A stretch of DNA of 63,658 bases, the filler included, from Octopus bimaculoides (taxonomy: Eukaryota): the NCBI RefSeq assembly GCF_001194135.2. It is 10 parts of 10 records of this genome, joined end to end, with 100 filler letters (N's around TTAATTAATTAA, not from the genome) between each part and the next. Parts side by side here need not be neighbours in the genome. Positions count along the whole stretch, not along the records: positions 1 to 8,702 come from NC_068982.1; positions 8,803 to 13,164 come from NC_068991.1; 8 more parts are not named here. One strand, written 5' to 3'. This document shows positions 1 through 13,070 of the stretch, in pieces; position 1 is the first letter of the stretch, and each line of letters starts with the position of its first letter. The notes under the pieces are model-generated. The model searched no databases, had not been told where the DNA came from, and saw only the letters and a list, made by a program, of their open reading frames with translations. The translations under genes and the position numbers were made by a program.

Positions 1-334
1 CCATACCAGTGGTTGTAGGATCTCTAGGAATGATAAAAAAAGGTACTGAAACCTATTTGAAAATGATACCAGGCTTACCATTCCTACAGGAAGTGCAAAA
101 AATCGTGCTAACTGGAACGACTCATGTACCGAGAAGAGCATTATCGCTGTGAAAACAACATCCATTCATGAATTTTTTTTTTCTTTTAAATACATGTTTT
201 ACCTGTGAATTTGCGTGTGTAAACTGGGAATGCATACAACGAGTTTCTCTGCCCTAGGTGTATGGAAAACACTCGGCGAGAAATGGAAGAAAATTTGAAG
301 AAAGAAGAAAAAAAACAACATAATAATAATAATA
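1..334 (+). mobile_element. 3' end of R4/Dong-like (RLE-clade) non-LTR retrotransposon: C-terminal endonuclease region, 3' UTR and (AAT)n tail
   Basis: 3..152 reads IPVVVGSLGMIKKGTETYL/MIPGLPFLQEVQKIVLTGTTHVPRRALSL* with one frameshift near 60, matching the PxVxGxLG...QKxVLxGTxxxxRxxL C-terminus of R4-clade ORFs. The UTR is near-identical to 16540-16772. Confidence 0.75.
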
Positions 335-340
335 AAAGTC

Positions 341-552
341 CCTTCTACTAAAAGCACAAGGTCTGACATTTTGGGGGAGAGGACTAGTCGATTACATCGA
401 CCCCAATATTTCACTAGTACTTAATTTATCGACCCCCAAAAAGATGAAACGCAAAGTCGACCTAGGTGGAATTTGAGTTCAGAACGTAAAGTCGGATGAA
501 ATGCCGTTAAGCATTTTTCCTGGCGCACTAACGACTCTGCCAACTCGCCCGC
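341..552 (-). mobile_element. tRNA-derived SINE, family A
   Basis: On the minus strand: head gcgagttggcagagtcgttag, B-box-like gagttcaaattcc, and body gtcgactttgcgtttcatctttttggggtcgataaattaagtac shared with about 10 other copies in the window. Confidence 0.8.
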
Positions 553-606
553 TTCAATAATGAGGATGATGATAAACGCCCTGATGCAGTACCAGACAGT
601 GGTTCC

Positions 607-1085
607 CATGGCTTCTGATCTTAACTAATCGGAAGTGTTAACATGTACATGTTTTCTCTTGGTATAAAAGATGGGCTACAACAAATACTCTAGATTTACT
701 TGTCAGTTGTTTGACATTAACCTGTTGAGCATGCCCCTTAGTGACTGACGATAAGTGCATCTCTGATCACGAGTAGTAGTTGGAGAACATCATAGCCAAA
801 TGTTTTTGGCGGTTTGAATGATTCACCTCAGAAAACATAGGTGTTTTGTTCATCATACTTAAACAACCCTTATTGAGGGACTTTTTGAATGGGATTGGTT
901 ACTCAACCTGAAGAAAATTCTAACTAGGCTCCACCTGCAGGGTCCTGCACTGTTCATCTTGATATGTAAACACCATGCGTGCACATGATTCTGATGCATG
1001 TGCCTGGTGTACTCTTATCAGACGTGTAGTCATGATGGATATATTGGGTTTCGTATATTCGTCACTTTCATAGCATGCACTGCTC
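607..1085. repeat. Dispersed repeat X (unclassified)
   Basis: Its 3' ~70 bp (gtagtcatgatggatatattgggtttcgtatatt...gcatgcactgctc) recurs at 16468-16538. No ORF. Confidence 0.55.
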
Positions 1086-1870
1086 ACTATTAACTGGTCA
1101 AATACTGAAATTCGTAAGCTTGATCGAAAAATCCGAAAATTGTTGATAATGAATAGAATACAACGCCCAAAGGGAGATGTGGCACGACTTTACTTGCAAG
1201 AAAAAAAGGTGGCTGTGGACACTTAGAACTTGAATTGACATTGAAAATTACTACTATTGACCTAAGCATTTATTTGAATAATTCTGGTGACTGGATGCTT
1301 AAACCTGTCTTAAAGCACGAAAACAAGGAAACCTCATATTCAGTAACAACTGAGGCAAGGTAATATTTAAGTGAATTCCAAATACAGTAAGCTCCAGAAT
1401 TAGATGAACTGAGAATAAATACAGAAAAAATTAAACGTATGAAAGCCCTTGTTAAAAATGCTGTCTTAAATATTCTCAATGATAAACGGCAATAAAAACT
1501 GCTCAATGGCAAAACACCCAGAGAGAACAATGCTGAGCAGTCCAGGTCAATGCCTACCAACAAGAAGCTACCAGGCCAACATCTTATAGAATGGCAGTAG
1601 CCCAACATGTTGTGTATGTAAACAACCGACGGAAACCATTGATTATATCGTCTCCGTGTACAACCATCTTGCACCCTCAAAGTATCTCAACGGGCATGAT
1701 AGAGCGACGACACAGTATATTCACTGCGTAATTTGCAAGGATCTATACCTGCCCCATGATTAAAAAAAGCTAGTAAGAAGAGAAACCACTTCCAGTGCTT
1801 GAAATTGATCATATCCAGGAACTGACAAAGGCCATATAAATCCACAGACGTTATAAAACTAAGGAATACC
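1086..1870 (+). mobile_element. Degraded R4/Dong-like LINE ORF fragment (post-RT thumb to CCHC region)
   Basis: Frameshifted translation INWSNTEIRKLDRKIRKLLIMNRIQRPKGDVARLYL..RKKGGCG and ETIDYIVSVCT...KYLNGHDRA, resembling the R4-clade LYLxRxxGGRG and ETxxHIxxxC...YxxRHD motifs. Multiple stops. Confidence 0.7.
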
Positions 1871-3205
1871 TAGTTGAGAAGGAGCATGATCAAATTTTCA
1901 TTTTCAAGCACATCATATCTAAAGCTAAATTACTTAATATGTCCTATTTTTAAGACGACAGAAACTTTCTTTTAAGTTGCACTGCTGTAGCATCTTTTTA
2001 TTATCCTCACCAATGAACTAGTTCCTGTTGTTATTTGACTCCTCGATCCGCTCTAATCGAGCAGACTGATCAAAGCCGTTCCTGTTATGACCACTCCCTT
2101 ATATTTTCAAATATAGCTGACGTAGAACAACTTTAACCAATGCATTTTCATTTTAGAATAATGACAGAATTAGATTTGAGGAAGAATTGAACCAAACGAC
2201 CACCTAAAGATTCCATCACCGGCTCGTCTTTCAAACACTGTTTCCAAATATATGAATATTTGCCGTATAACTTATTTTATTTAGTTCCCCTTGGTCGTGG
2301 GATTGATCACTGAAGTGTCTAGGTTTCATATCACGTGAGAGATGATGAGATATGTCCATGGCCGATATATTTACTTATCAAACTTTCTCTACATATCCAT
2401 CTGTATTACCGTATAATTGAATGTTTTATTAGGTTACTGTCATTTGTTCAGGTTCTCCGAAGGACATCGTTTAGAGATGGGTGGACACTGCCATCTTGAC
2501 TTTTACCTGGTACACTTCATTAAGACAAAAAGGGAATGCGACCGCAATAACCTCTAAAAATCACATGTCTTACTACATTGTAGCATGGCTATTTTTAAGC
2601 ATATTATTAACTCGTGGCTTCTACCGGTTCAGAAAGATTTTGATACAAATTTTGTTTTTCTGTTACTGCTGTTGTTGTTTAAGCCCAAATTAATCATGGG
2701 CGTGTAGATTTATGACCAAAGATGATGAGGCCGTGACTAAATCACCATTTTCCCACTTCCTTTTCAGACTTTATAATCCAGATCTACATTATCTAGTGTC
2801 CCATGTTCCTTTTAGGATTTAGAATATGGTTTGAAAACAATTTGATATCTAATTCTTGCAGGTCAAGCGATCGTATACACACTTTTTCTATGGCACGGAC
2901 CAAGAAATCATTAGCCAAATGTCTCTTCCTCTGATTAGTGATTCGGTGATCGAAATTTCGCAAAGTAAAGCATTTAATCATCTCGTCTTGTCTCGCTTCA
3001 TCTTCTCTAGCTGTGAAGGCGAGCCCCCCCCCCNNNNNNNNNNNNNNNNNNNNNNNTCCCAAAAAGTGGGTGGGGGGACGAAAAGAAACCCTAAGTTCTG
3101 AGCCTAAGTTCTCTTTGGTTCATCGTCAACGAAGAATGTGACTAATCTGCATGAAAACAAAACTGATGTGAATGGAGGAATAAGTTCTGATGTATCTCGG
3201 ATGAG

Positions 3206-3600
3206 GGCGTGGCTGTGTAGTAAGAAGCTTGCTTACCTACCACATGGTTCCGGATTCAGTCCCACTGCTTGTCACACCATGAGCAAGTGTTTTCTACTAT
3301 AGCCTCGGATCGATCAAAGCCTTGTGAGTGGATTTGGCAGACAGAAACTGAAAGCCCCAAGTGAATATGTGTGTGTGTGTGTGTGTGTCTTTGTGTCTAC
3401 ATTTGTCACGCCATCACCGCTTGACAACTGGTTTTGATGTGTTTACGTCCCCGTAAATTAGCAGTTCGACAAAAGAGACCGATGGAATAAGTACCAGGCT
3501 TAAAAAATAAGTCCTGTGGTCGATTTGTTCGACTAAAACCCTTCAGGACGGTACTCCAGTATGGCCGCACTCAAATGACTAAAACAAATAAATGAATAAA
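3206..3600 (+). mobile_element. tRNA-derived SINE, family B (CORE-like central segment, internal (GT)n)
   Basis: Head ggcgtggctgtgtagtaagaagcttgc with ggattcagtccc B-box. The body and the tail cagtatggccgcactcaaatgact are shared with 6645, 10378 and 51570. Confidence 0.8.
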
Positions 3601-3740
3601 AGAATATAATTTGTCACACCCTGTAATATTTCTTGTCAGGTCTTTTCTACATACTTAATACTTTTATGTTACAAAGATGTTTCTACATTTTTACCACACC
3701 ATCTATGCTAATTATCGTATAGCTTTAACTAATAATCATT

Positions 3741-3875
3741 AGCACGCTGGCAGAACTGTTAGTTCCCCAAGTGAAATGCTTAGCGGCATTTCGTCCGTCT
3801 TTACGTTCTAAGTTCAAATTCTGTCGAGTCAACTTTGCTTTTTATTCTTTCGGGAGTCGATATAATCGACTCAAC
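3741..3875 (+). mobile_element. SINE family A, partial
   Basis: gctggcagaactgttag...gcttagcggcatttcgtccgtctttacgttctaagttcaaattc...tttcgggagtcgata. Confidence 0.7.
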
Positions 3876-4881
3876 CACTTCGGAGTAAGAGTATAAAACT
3901 ACCAAGTCATGTCAAGCCAGTATGATCTCAAGCTCAATTTCATAGCCTCCACATCAGACCGTAGCTGGTGGAGAGAAGATGCTTAGGCCTTCATCCTACA
4001 ATGGACTGAACATAGGCAGTCCAATCTAAATGTGTGGGTTAAATCTATTGTAAGTCTCTCATGCATGAAATATGATTTCTCTCATGGTTATCTGTTAGGT
4101 AAGTTTCCATTTGTATTTCTCACAAACATTCTTTGACACTAATATTTAAGTATACTGTTCTTTTAAATGTAATTCTTTCAAAATTCGATTATCACAGCTT
4201 CATAATGAAATCTTTTGTGGTAGGCAAAAGAGTAGAAACAAAAAATACCCCCCGGAAAACAACGCATTAAAGTTTTCTTTTTTAATAGATAAACCAAACT
4301 GCGCCAAAATAATAGACTTGTATACAAAACAGCTACACATAGAAGACATTTTTTTTTTTTATCTCAGAGGAAAACTACCGAGGTTTTTTTTTTACAATAT
4401 AATAAGAACAGCAATTAAATATTTTGCGTGGCTTCCGTTAATGATGTTTAAAAAAATTACCATGATGCTTCATTATTCAACTCCCAGAAGTATTCACACT
4501 TCAAATCTTCTTAACAATAAACACTGCATTTCTGAAGTTAAACTTTAATGAAATACCCATATTGAGAAGAAACAGAAATTGCCGAATAATAACATTCCTG
4601 ACAAACTCACCATTCCTAGATTACAAAGTGATGCAAAATGTAATCCTGTAATTCTTTAGAATGTGTATCTTCAGTAACTGCTGAAATAAACAAGTAGTAC
4701 GCACAGAATCATAGAATACAAAAATGAAATAACTTTAAAAAACCGAGTGAAGAAGAATAACTATTTTAATTGAATCAACCTCGCTGAAGACAATAACCAA
4801 TTCGTTAGGTCTTTACTTAGTTCATACTGGTACTCTTTAATTCTCACCTCATTATATATTTGATTTTTTTTTCAGAGTCTC

Positions 4882-5238
4882 TTAACCATATCTGAACACA
4901 GCAGATCCTGTGCCTCCACTGGGAGAGTTATCGTTGCTGCTGCTAGCGCCACTACCGCCATGGTTATCAAAAGGAAGGTAACCCATAGGTCTCCAAAATG
5001 CTTTCCTCTTAATGGTAGTATAATCTGAATTGTCTGCTTCCTTGTTACCAGCAATGTCTACGTTGGATAGCTTTCCGAGAATGTATGCTTGAAGTAATGC
5101 TCGACTGTCAGAATCACTGAGGCCGGTTTGTCGTAACGAACGCAGAGTAATAACATGGTCATTCCGCTTCGGCAATGAATGTACGCTTGAAGCAAACACG
5201 GCAACGAGACAGAGCACATGAATTATATTTATTCCCAT
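4882..5238 (-). CDS. NKY: NKY-type neuropeptide precursor (118 aa)
   Basis: Hydrophobic signal peptide (about residues 1-21). The KR site at 77-78 releases KAFWRPMGYLPF...GSAVFRY, followed by G-stop (amidation). N-terminal Lys, FWRP(M/L)GY motif and FRYamide are the hallmarks of molluscan NKY. Splice acceptor ttatttttcag|G lies immediately before the ATG (exon starts 5239). Confidence 0.88.
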   Translation of the reverse strand: MGINIIHVLCLVAVFASSVHSLPKRNDHVITLRSLRQTGLSDSDSRALLQAYILGKLSNVDIAGNKEADNSDYTTIKRKAFWRPMGYLPFDNHGGSGASSSNDNSPSGGTGSAVFRYG

Positions 5239-5313
5239 CCTGAAAAATAATAGAAAAAGAAATAAAAAGTATGAATAAAAAAACTATAGCTAAAAGAAAT
5301 TATTAAATAGCAT

Positions 5314-5527
5314 TGGTTTCAAATTTTGGCACAAGGCCAGCAATTTCGAGGGAGGGGGAAAGTCGATGACATCGACCCCAGTGCTCAACTGATACTTATT
5401 TTATCGATCCCGAAAGGATGAAAAGCAAAGTCGACCGCGACGGATATTGAACTCAGAACGTAAAGACGGACAAAATACCGCTAAGCATTTTACCTGTCTT
5501 TCAAACGATTCTGCCAGCATGCCGCCT
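5314..5527 (-). mobile_element. SINE family A
   Basis: Reverse complement of the family A consensus, including the tail ggccttgtgccaaaatttgaaacc. Confidence 0.8.
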
Positions 5528-5643
5528 CAAAGTTTTAAAAAATATTAGAATTCTTTTTTGAATATGATAATGATAATCAGAATTCAACGAGTCAATTAGT
5601 ATTGTTAGAACGAGTAATTTTCGTAAGAATATATATATATACA

Positions 5644-5988
5644 TATATAGCAATTTGAAAATGGAGGAGAATATGCGGTATCCATCGACTTGCAGACAGT
5701 GTATTCCGTTGAATTAATAAAATTTATTTTGCAACTAAAGTGACAAAAACTACAATATACAAATGCTTATGACATACCATGTTATATTAACAATCAAGGT
5801 TACAAATATAAAGTGCATTAGGAATATTTATAACCTTGATTGTTAATATAACATGGTATGTCATAAGCATTTGTATATTGTCGTTTTTGTCATTTTAGTT
5901 ACAAAATAAATTAATTAATTCAACGGAATACACTGCCTGCAAGTTGATAGGTACCGCATATTCTCCACCATTTTCTAATTGCTATATA
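5644..5988. mobile_element. Foldback/MITE-like inverted repeat (~165-bp arms, ~14-nt spacer)
   Basis: 5644-5809 is the reverse complement of 5824-5988, e.g. tatagcaatttgaaaatggaggagaatatgcgg / ccgcatattctccaccattttctaattgctata. Few mismatches; TA-rich ends. Confidence 0.85.
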
Positions 5989-6130
5989 AATTTAGGGTAA
6001 AATTTTACCCGCACCCACTTATTACACTTGGTATAACACTAGTGTAACAATAATTGGGCACCCTCCCAGCAGTATATTGGATAGATACTATCCCTTAGTG
6101 GGTTGAATCTTAAACCCCTAACTCTCTTGC

Positions 6131-6163
<33 letters not shown>

Positions 6164-6544
6164 NNNNNNNNNNNNNNNNNNNNNNNNNNNNNNNNNNNNN
6201 NNNNNNNNNNNNNNNNNNNNNNNNNNNNNNNNNNNNNNNNNNNNNNNNNNNNNNNNNNNNNNNNNNNNNNNNNNNNNNNNNNNNNNNNNNNNNNNNNNNN
6301 NNNNNNNNNNNNNNNNNNNNNNNNNNNNNNNNNNNNNNNNNNNNNNNNNNNNNNNNNNNNNNNNNNNNNNNNNNNNNNNNNNNNNNNNNNNNNNNNNNNN
6401 NNNNNNNNNNNNNNNNNNNNNNNNNNNNNNNNNNNNNNNNNNNNNNNNNNNNNNNNNNNNNNNNNNNNNNNNNNNNNNNNNNNNNNNNNNNNNNNNNNNN
6501 NNNNNNNNNNNNNNNNNNNNNNNNNNNNNNNNNNNNNNNNNNNN

Positions 6545-6611
<67 letters not shown>

Positions 6612-6644
6612 CAAGGCACAAATACAATCGTCACGATGGCTGTC

Positions 6645-6945
6645 ATTCGCAGCTGGTTTCGGTTCAGTTCCACTGCGAGCACCGGATACACCAACGCCTT
6701 GTGAGTGAAGTTGAACAGAAACTGTGAAAGCCCGTCGATATGTGTGTGTGCGCGCGCTTGTGTATGTGTGCACGTACGCGTGCATGTGTGTTTTGTGTCT
6801 ATGTTTGCACTCCTCCATCTCTGGTTGGTTTGTTTACGTCTCTGTAATCTGACAATTCGGCAAAAGATACCGAAAGAATAAAACTTAAAGTGCTGCGGTA
6901 TCCCATCATTGCTGCAGTCTATTGACCAAAACAATAAAAGATAAA
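6645..6945 (+). mobile_element. SINE family B, diverged
   Basis: ggttcagttccactgcg...ccttgtgagtga...gaaactgtgaaagcccgtcg...ggcaaaagataccgaaagaataa. Confidence 0.65.
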
Positions 6946-9037
6946 AGATAGCAGAACTGTTTATATCCACAGTCTATAAAGGCTTCCTTACAGAGAAAGA
7001 AAGTTCGGTTGAAGTTAATGTAGTTACTTTTGAAGCACTGGAATAAATGATAGTGGGAGTTAGATTAGCAGGGAAGCAAAGAAAAAAAAAGAGTGCTGAT
7101 GATAAAAAAGAAATGGTTTTGAATGAAGGTTCATCCTTGATTTTTGTGTAAGAATAACTCTATGCAGATGTCAGAAAGCAGAAAGTATAATGTTGCAATG
7201 AGTTTTAAGTGAGGTTGAAAAAGGTTCCAATAACTTCAAAACACCTCTGCTAGGAGATAAGAAGAAACAAAATAAAGGCACCATTCTCTCCAGGTTGAGA
7301 GAAAATCCGAAACGTAATGATAGGGAACAAGTGTTGCTATTCTGAATTGTTGTTTTTGACTTTGAATTCCGATAATCAATGGAATTAAAATAATCCTTAT
7401 GTAAGATGTGTACCATTTAAACATAATCTTTTTATTCACCATCAGTTATTTCCCTATTGTTTGCAGTTGCATAAATCCAAACGGATATGCATATGAAACA
7501 GTAAACACAAGATTGCTGTTTAATGTTGCATCAGGGAGTCCTTAGAATATTTATATAAGCATTTAAGTGTTCTAACTTTAAAACAAACATTTAATCTAAA
7601 CATAGCTTTAATGCTAACCCTACTGTTAGAGTTGAGGCTAGGGTTAGGGTTAGGTTTAACATTAACGTCTATGTAAATCTAGCATTAATTCATAAACTAG
7701 TATAAACAAATAACAACAGCACACACGGTGTACACAGTGCATTATAGTTAAAATTGCTCCCTGCATTTCCCTTAAGTGACCGGCTGTTCACCATATCGTC
7801 GTAATGGCCATATTTACATATTGACATAAGGGGTATTGAACCGACTTTTTATCTAAGCGAATAAGGTTTGATATTGAAAGAGAAAAATATAAAAAGTCAG
7901 CCCACCAGTTTCGCTAAGTGCTTTTTTTCTTCACTCAATAATTTCCTTATATCACTACTAGAAACTCAGAAAGCATCAAATAAGGCCATCATATCCTTTA
8001 TTAACAAACCGCAATAAAATGTTTATTCACATCAATTAAGTTACCCATTAAACTACCTTGTATTTGATAACTTTAGTTTCACTTGATCTGACTTTACCCT
8101 CTGCTAGCAAATATTACACGTGTATAGTGATAATTGATCGCACGAAAATCTAACATAGTTTGAATTGACCTTGCAAACACCGCCTTTAAAACATATATTT
8201 TCATCCGATCATGACAATACAAAGCAACACTATGATTTCTCTCAATTGGATACATGTTTATTTTCTCTCTCAACTGCAAATAAATCAAACTTCGAGTAAA
8301 AAGAATAAAACACATCTCTACAGGTACACATTTACATACACAGCACACATATACGCATATACAGCACACAAGCGCGTGTATGTATACATTTCATATATAT
8401 ATGGCATATGATATAATTATAAACGGGGACAACCTTAATCGATTTTCCAACTTTACTGGGTGCTCATTCAAGGCGTCCACATCATTCTGATAGTCCCCAG
8501 ATAAACAAGCAGCTAAAATGCTTATATACTCAACAAATGCAGCAGTTACTCTATGAAGGTGACCCTAATTTGAATACCGAAAGTGTTTAATGCTCTAAAA
8601 ATACCAGCGGTCTACCAACGGGGATTTTGGTTCACACACTATCAAGGTATGATATTACATATATGTAACATATGGTCTATTTCAAATATATATATATATA
8701 TANNNNNNNNNNNNNNNNNNNNNNNNNNNNNNNNNNNNNNNNNNNNTTAATTAATTAANNNNNNNNNNNNNNNNNNNNNNNNNNNNNNNNNNNNNNNNNN
8801 NNTATATATATATATATATATATACAAATCTCTGATCAAGCTATAGGATGTTATCCTGGTACTCAACTAAGAGTCTACAACATCATATAGATCCAATCCA
8901 TCACTGGAACTGTTAATATCTGTAAAACTTTCCAGAAGTTTATCATTTAGATATATATGAGCATGTCTAGATATGCAACAATATATATGAGAATACAGAC
9001 ATAAAACAGAACATACAAAGCTGCACACATACATACA

Positions 9038-9071
<34 letters not shown>

Positions 9072-10343
9072 CATACATACATACATACATACATACCCTG
9101 TTGTTGATGTTGAGATTCCAATGAAGGAGCCTTGGATTTAGTTTAGAAACCGGCAATTTCTCTGTCGGCAGGAAATCTGGAAATAAAACTGAACAATTAC
9201 CTACCTACCTACCTACCTACCTACCTATCTACCTACTATATACATCCAGTTCGGTAAAAAAAAAAGTTAGAATAAGTACCAGACTTTACAAAAAAAAAAG
9301 TACTATGATTGATTTCTTCGACCAGACAATTGAAGGTAGTTTTCCAACATTGCCGCACTCAAGTGAGTGCAACAAGTAAAAAGTAAGAGGTAAAAGAATG
9401 TATTCTTTGTTAAATAAGATGATGGCGGTGGTAGTGATTTAAGGAAGGCTTGACTACAGTAGATTCCTCTACCGTGTAGAGACGCACTTTTTAATATGCA
9501 TTTAGTTTATTCCAGCTCTCAATAGGTTCTACTGTTCTATCATACGTTCCACACTGTATGATTAAAATTTACGCAGATGAATAATGAAATAAAATCAGCC
9601 ATCATGAATGCATGAAATACGTTATTTCAAACAAATCCTCTTATTAAACATTGATTTACTGTTACATTACAAGAATGTAGCACAAAAATTATCCACAGCA
9701 GAATCCAAGCATTTGTATTTATATATCATGAGACAAAAGCGTCAAAAACATTTTCGATCTGTAAAACAAATATATAACAAATATATGAAATACATTAGAT
9801 TCTCTGTTATAGATAATAGCGAGCTAGCATTTAATGTTTGCTCTGTCAATTTCTCTATTCTTTCTCCCTCGTTATGTCTCTGTCATATATATGTTATATA
9901 TATATGTGTGTGTGTGTGTGTATGTGTGTGTGTGTGTGTGTGTNNNNNNNNNNNNNNNNNNNNNNNNNNNNNNNNNNNNNNNNNNNNNNNNNNNNNNNNN
10001 NNNNNNNNNNNNNNNNNNNNNNNNNNNNNNNNNNNNNNNNNNNNNNNNNNNNNNNNNNNNNNNNNNNNNNNNNNNNNNNNNNNNNNNNNNNNNNNNNNNN
10101 NNNNNNNNNNNNNNNNNNNNNNNNNNNNNNNNNNNNNNNNNNNNNNNNNNNNNNNNNNNNNNNNNNNNNNNNNNNNNNNNNNNNNNNNNNNNNNNNNNNN
10201 NNNNNNNNNNNNNNNNNNNNNNNNNNNNNNNNNNNNNNNNNNNNNNNNNNNNNNNNNNNNNNNNNNNNNNNNNNNNNNNNNNNNNNNNNNNNNNNNNNNN
10301 NNNNNNNNNNNNNNNNNNNNNNNNNNNNNNNNNNNNNNNNNNN

Positions 10344-10374
<31 letters not shown>

Positions 10375-10377
10375 TAT

Positions 10378-10715
10378 AGGCGTGGCTGTGTGGCAAGAAG
10401 CTGGCTTACCAACCACATGGTTCCAGGTTCAGTTCCACAATATGGCACCTTGGGCAAGTATCTTCTGCTACAGCCTCGGGCCCACCAAAACCTTATACAC
10501 ATACACACACATATATATGTAGGTAGGTATATGCGTGTGTTTTTGTGTTTGTATTCGTCACTCCTTCACTGCTTGACATCACCAGTGTTTACATCTCCGT
10601 AACTTATTCGTTCAACATAAGGGACCGATAGAATAAGTACTTAAGAAATCAACCTTGGGGTCGATTTCTTCAGCTAAGACCCTCCAGCGTAGCCGCAGTC
10701 TAATGACCGAGACAA
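10378..10715 (+). mobile_element. SINE family B
   Basis: ggcgtggctgtgtggcaagaagc head; gcaccttgggcaagtatcttctgctacagcctcggg CORE-like segment; family B tail. Confidence 0.8.
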
Positions 10716-10749
10716 ACAAAATAATAGTACATGTGTGTGTGTGTGTGTA

Positions 10750-10801
<52 letters not shown>

Positions 10802-12185
10802 AATATAGACGTGTATATGTTTATCATTGCATTGACCATGCCATCAGGTACTGTTATATACCACTGGTCACATTCTTGATTGCACCATTCTTTTCCATAA
10901 TAATAATAATAATAATAATGTATGTATGTATGTATGTATGTATGCCTGTATGTGTGTATGGTGGTGGGGTATGTGTGTGTGGTGTGTGCATATTTATGAG
11001 GGGGGAGATATGTGTGTGTGTGTGTATGCATACATATACTTATGTGTATGGGTATATTTATCTGTGCATAGAGGAAACGCAAATTCCCCACCGGTTAAGT
11101 CTTCGGTCGATTGCACATATCAAAAGATTAAGTACAGTCGACTGAATGTTTGATTCAGCGAAATTTTGGTCGGGAAGATGATGTGTGTTAGTCAACACAT
11201 AGGCAAATGTATATCAGTCTCTATACTCTTCTAACATAAGGCTGCACTGAGCAGTTGTGAATATTTTGTATCACAAAATAATAAATCAATGCATGTCTGG
11301 GGTCACTTAGGAAGCATTGCATCAGTGAAACCTTAGCAAATTTGAAAGCGTATGCAATGTAGTTTAATAACATGAAATTAGCTAATTAACACAAATATTA
11401 AATTATTTCTCTTTTAAAATTATTTGAGCCAACTTCAAAACTTTCCCTGAAGTATAGTTGGCGGGAAATTTTACATTCTACTTCTACTGCACCAGAATGT
11501 TTTAGTTGCTTTCGGATTTAAAAACAAAATTTATATTTTGCTATACTTCTTTAATCTGGTTTTTCTAACCTGTTTACATCTCATCAGTGCAATGCCTCTG
11601 GATGACATCATGCAATAATTTAACTGTAGATTACTCCCTAAGCGTAGGAGTTACGTGTTTATTTTGTAGTTTTCAAATGTATATTGGAATCAGCTCCGAA
11701 AAAAATATAATAAACAGTATTATTCAACTGCATTGGTGAGTCTCAAAGCTGCGAAGAAAGCACAAGTTTATTGAAAAAATTCTGTCTCAACAATACAAGG
11801 TGTGTTTTAATAAAATTCAATAAAATTTTATTCAATAACAATATTGGTTTTCATAATTTTCAAAATAATAGCTAATTTTTTTGTATGAATTAATCTTCGT
11901 TCTAAAACAAATTTCGTATCATTTAGAGTTTTATCAAAATTTGGATCCGTAAAATGTAGGCATGGCTTCCAGATTTTTGAAAAATCTTAAAAGGGTTCTG
12001 CGACAAAATGATCATTAAAAATCTCAAAGCTAACCTAGCAACAAGTTGTAGTCAAAAAATGCCGGAAAATAAATATTATCTGAAAAGCGGATAATTTGTT
12101 GTTACTATTATTGTTTGTATTTTTTGGTGCACACAAAAAAAAAAAAAAAAAANNNNNNNNNNNNNNNNNNNNNNNNNNNNNNNNN

Positions 12186-12239
<54 letters not shown>

Positions 12240-12744
12240 ATGCGAATCAAATTTGCATACATACTGCCAGCAGCTGCGAGGACAAATTAAAAACAAATCA
12301 ATTCACAGAATATAGATTTTAAGGCCTGTGAAAAACGGGCTTCTTTGAAGTCTTCAAGTAATCTGTAAAGCAAACGTTGTTTTCGACGTAGCTTTCTAGT
12401 GGAACACACATCTATACAAAAGATATCAGAGAGTTTGGATTGTAAAGCCCAAAAACATAATATCATATATAAAACTTATCAAATATAAAGATTGAGTATG
12501 CTAGTACAAACTCCACAGAGATACCAATAGTCACTAAACAACATTTGCCAATTTTCTCTTGATGAGGAAAGCCAGTATTATAGTAATATTTTCATATAAC
12601 TGTTGACTGGTTACATACCCATGACGTTTTGCACATTTCTTCTGCAATTTATTACATAACTCTGGGGTTGATGAAACAGTTGCCGAGTTATAAAATTACG
12701 TATTTTCTTATCTTATTCTGTACTTTGTGTGTGGTGTGTCTGTG

Positions 12745-13070
12745 CGTCGGATCTTGAGAATCCAAATTCAAAATTCGCCTGAAAAACCACAGATCTTCTT
12801 TCAGGTTGCCAGACAACGACACTCGCAGCTTACGTATGGTGCCTAAAGAATGATCATACGCCCTTTAACATCCGGTGGAAATTATTAGAAACTTGTGGAT
12901 CCTATCGCAATGAAACAAGGCCATGTAAATTGTGTATGGCAGAAAGATATATAATCCTTATGAACTCACATGAGCCAGGAGGCAACTGGAAATCCAGGAC
13001 GGAAACCGTGGGGAGCTGTCCACCTTTTCGGAAATTTTTACTTCAAAATTGGAAAACTTAACTGTCAAGT
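12745..13070 (+). mobile_element. Penelope-like element remnant, GIY-YIG endonuclease C-terminal half
   Basis: VGS*ESKFKIRLKNHRSSFR then, after a frameshift, LAAYVWCLKNDHTPFNIRWKLLETCGSYRNETRPCKLCMAERYIIL. This matches the PLE FKxRxxNHxxSF...LSxYxWxLK...CxLCxxEKxxI pattern. Confidence 0.75.

Noticed and set aside
6103-6970. Long X-filled ORFs across gaps (also 9608-10602, 42744-43646, 49331-50120, 51696-52887 and 62187-62826)
   Set aside because: Their length comes from N runs and dinucleotide repeats.
8747-8758. TTAATTAATTAA inside N runs (also about 13209, 17649, 32364, 47877, 55701, 58098, 60088 and 61916)
   Set aside because: Sits as 44 N + 12 nt + 44 N (100 nt) where counted; a palindromic six-frame-stop spacer inserted by the assembly pipeline, not biology.
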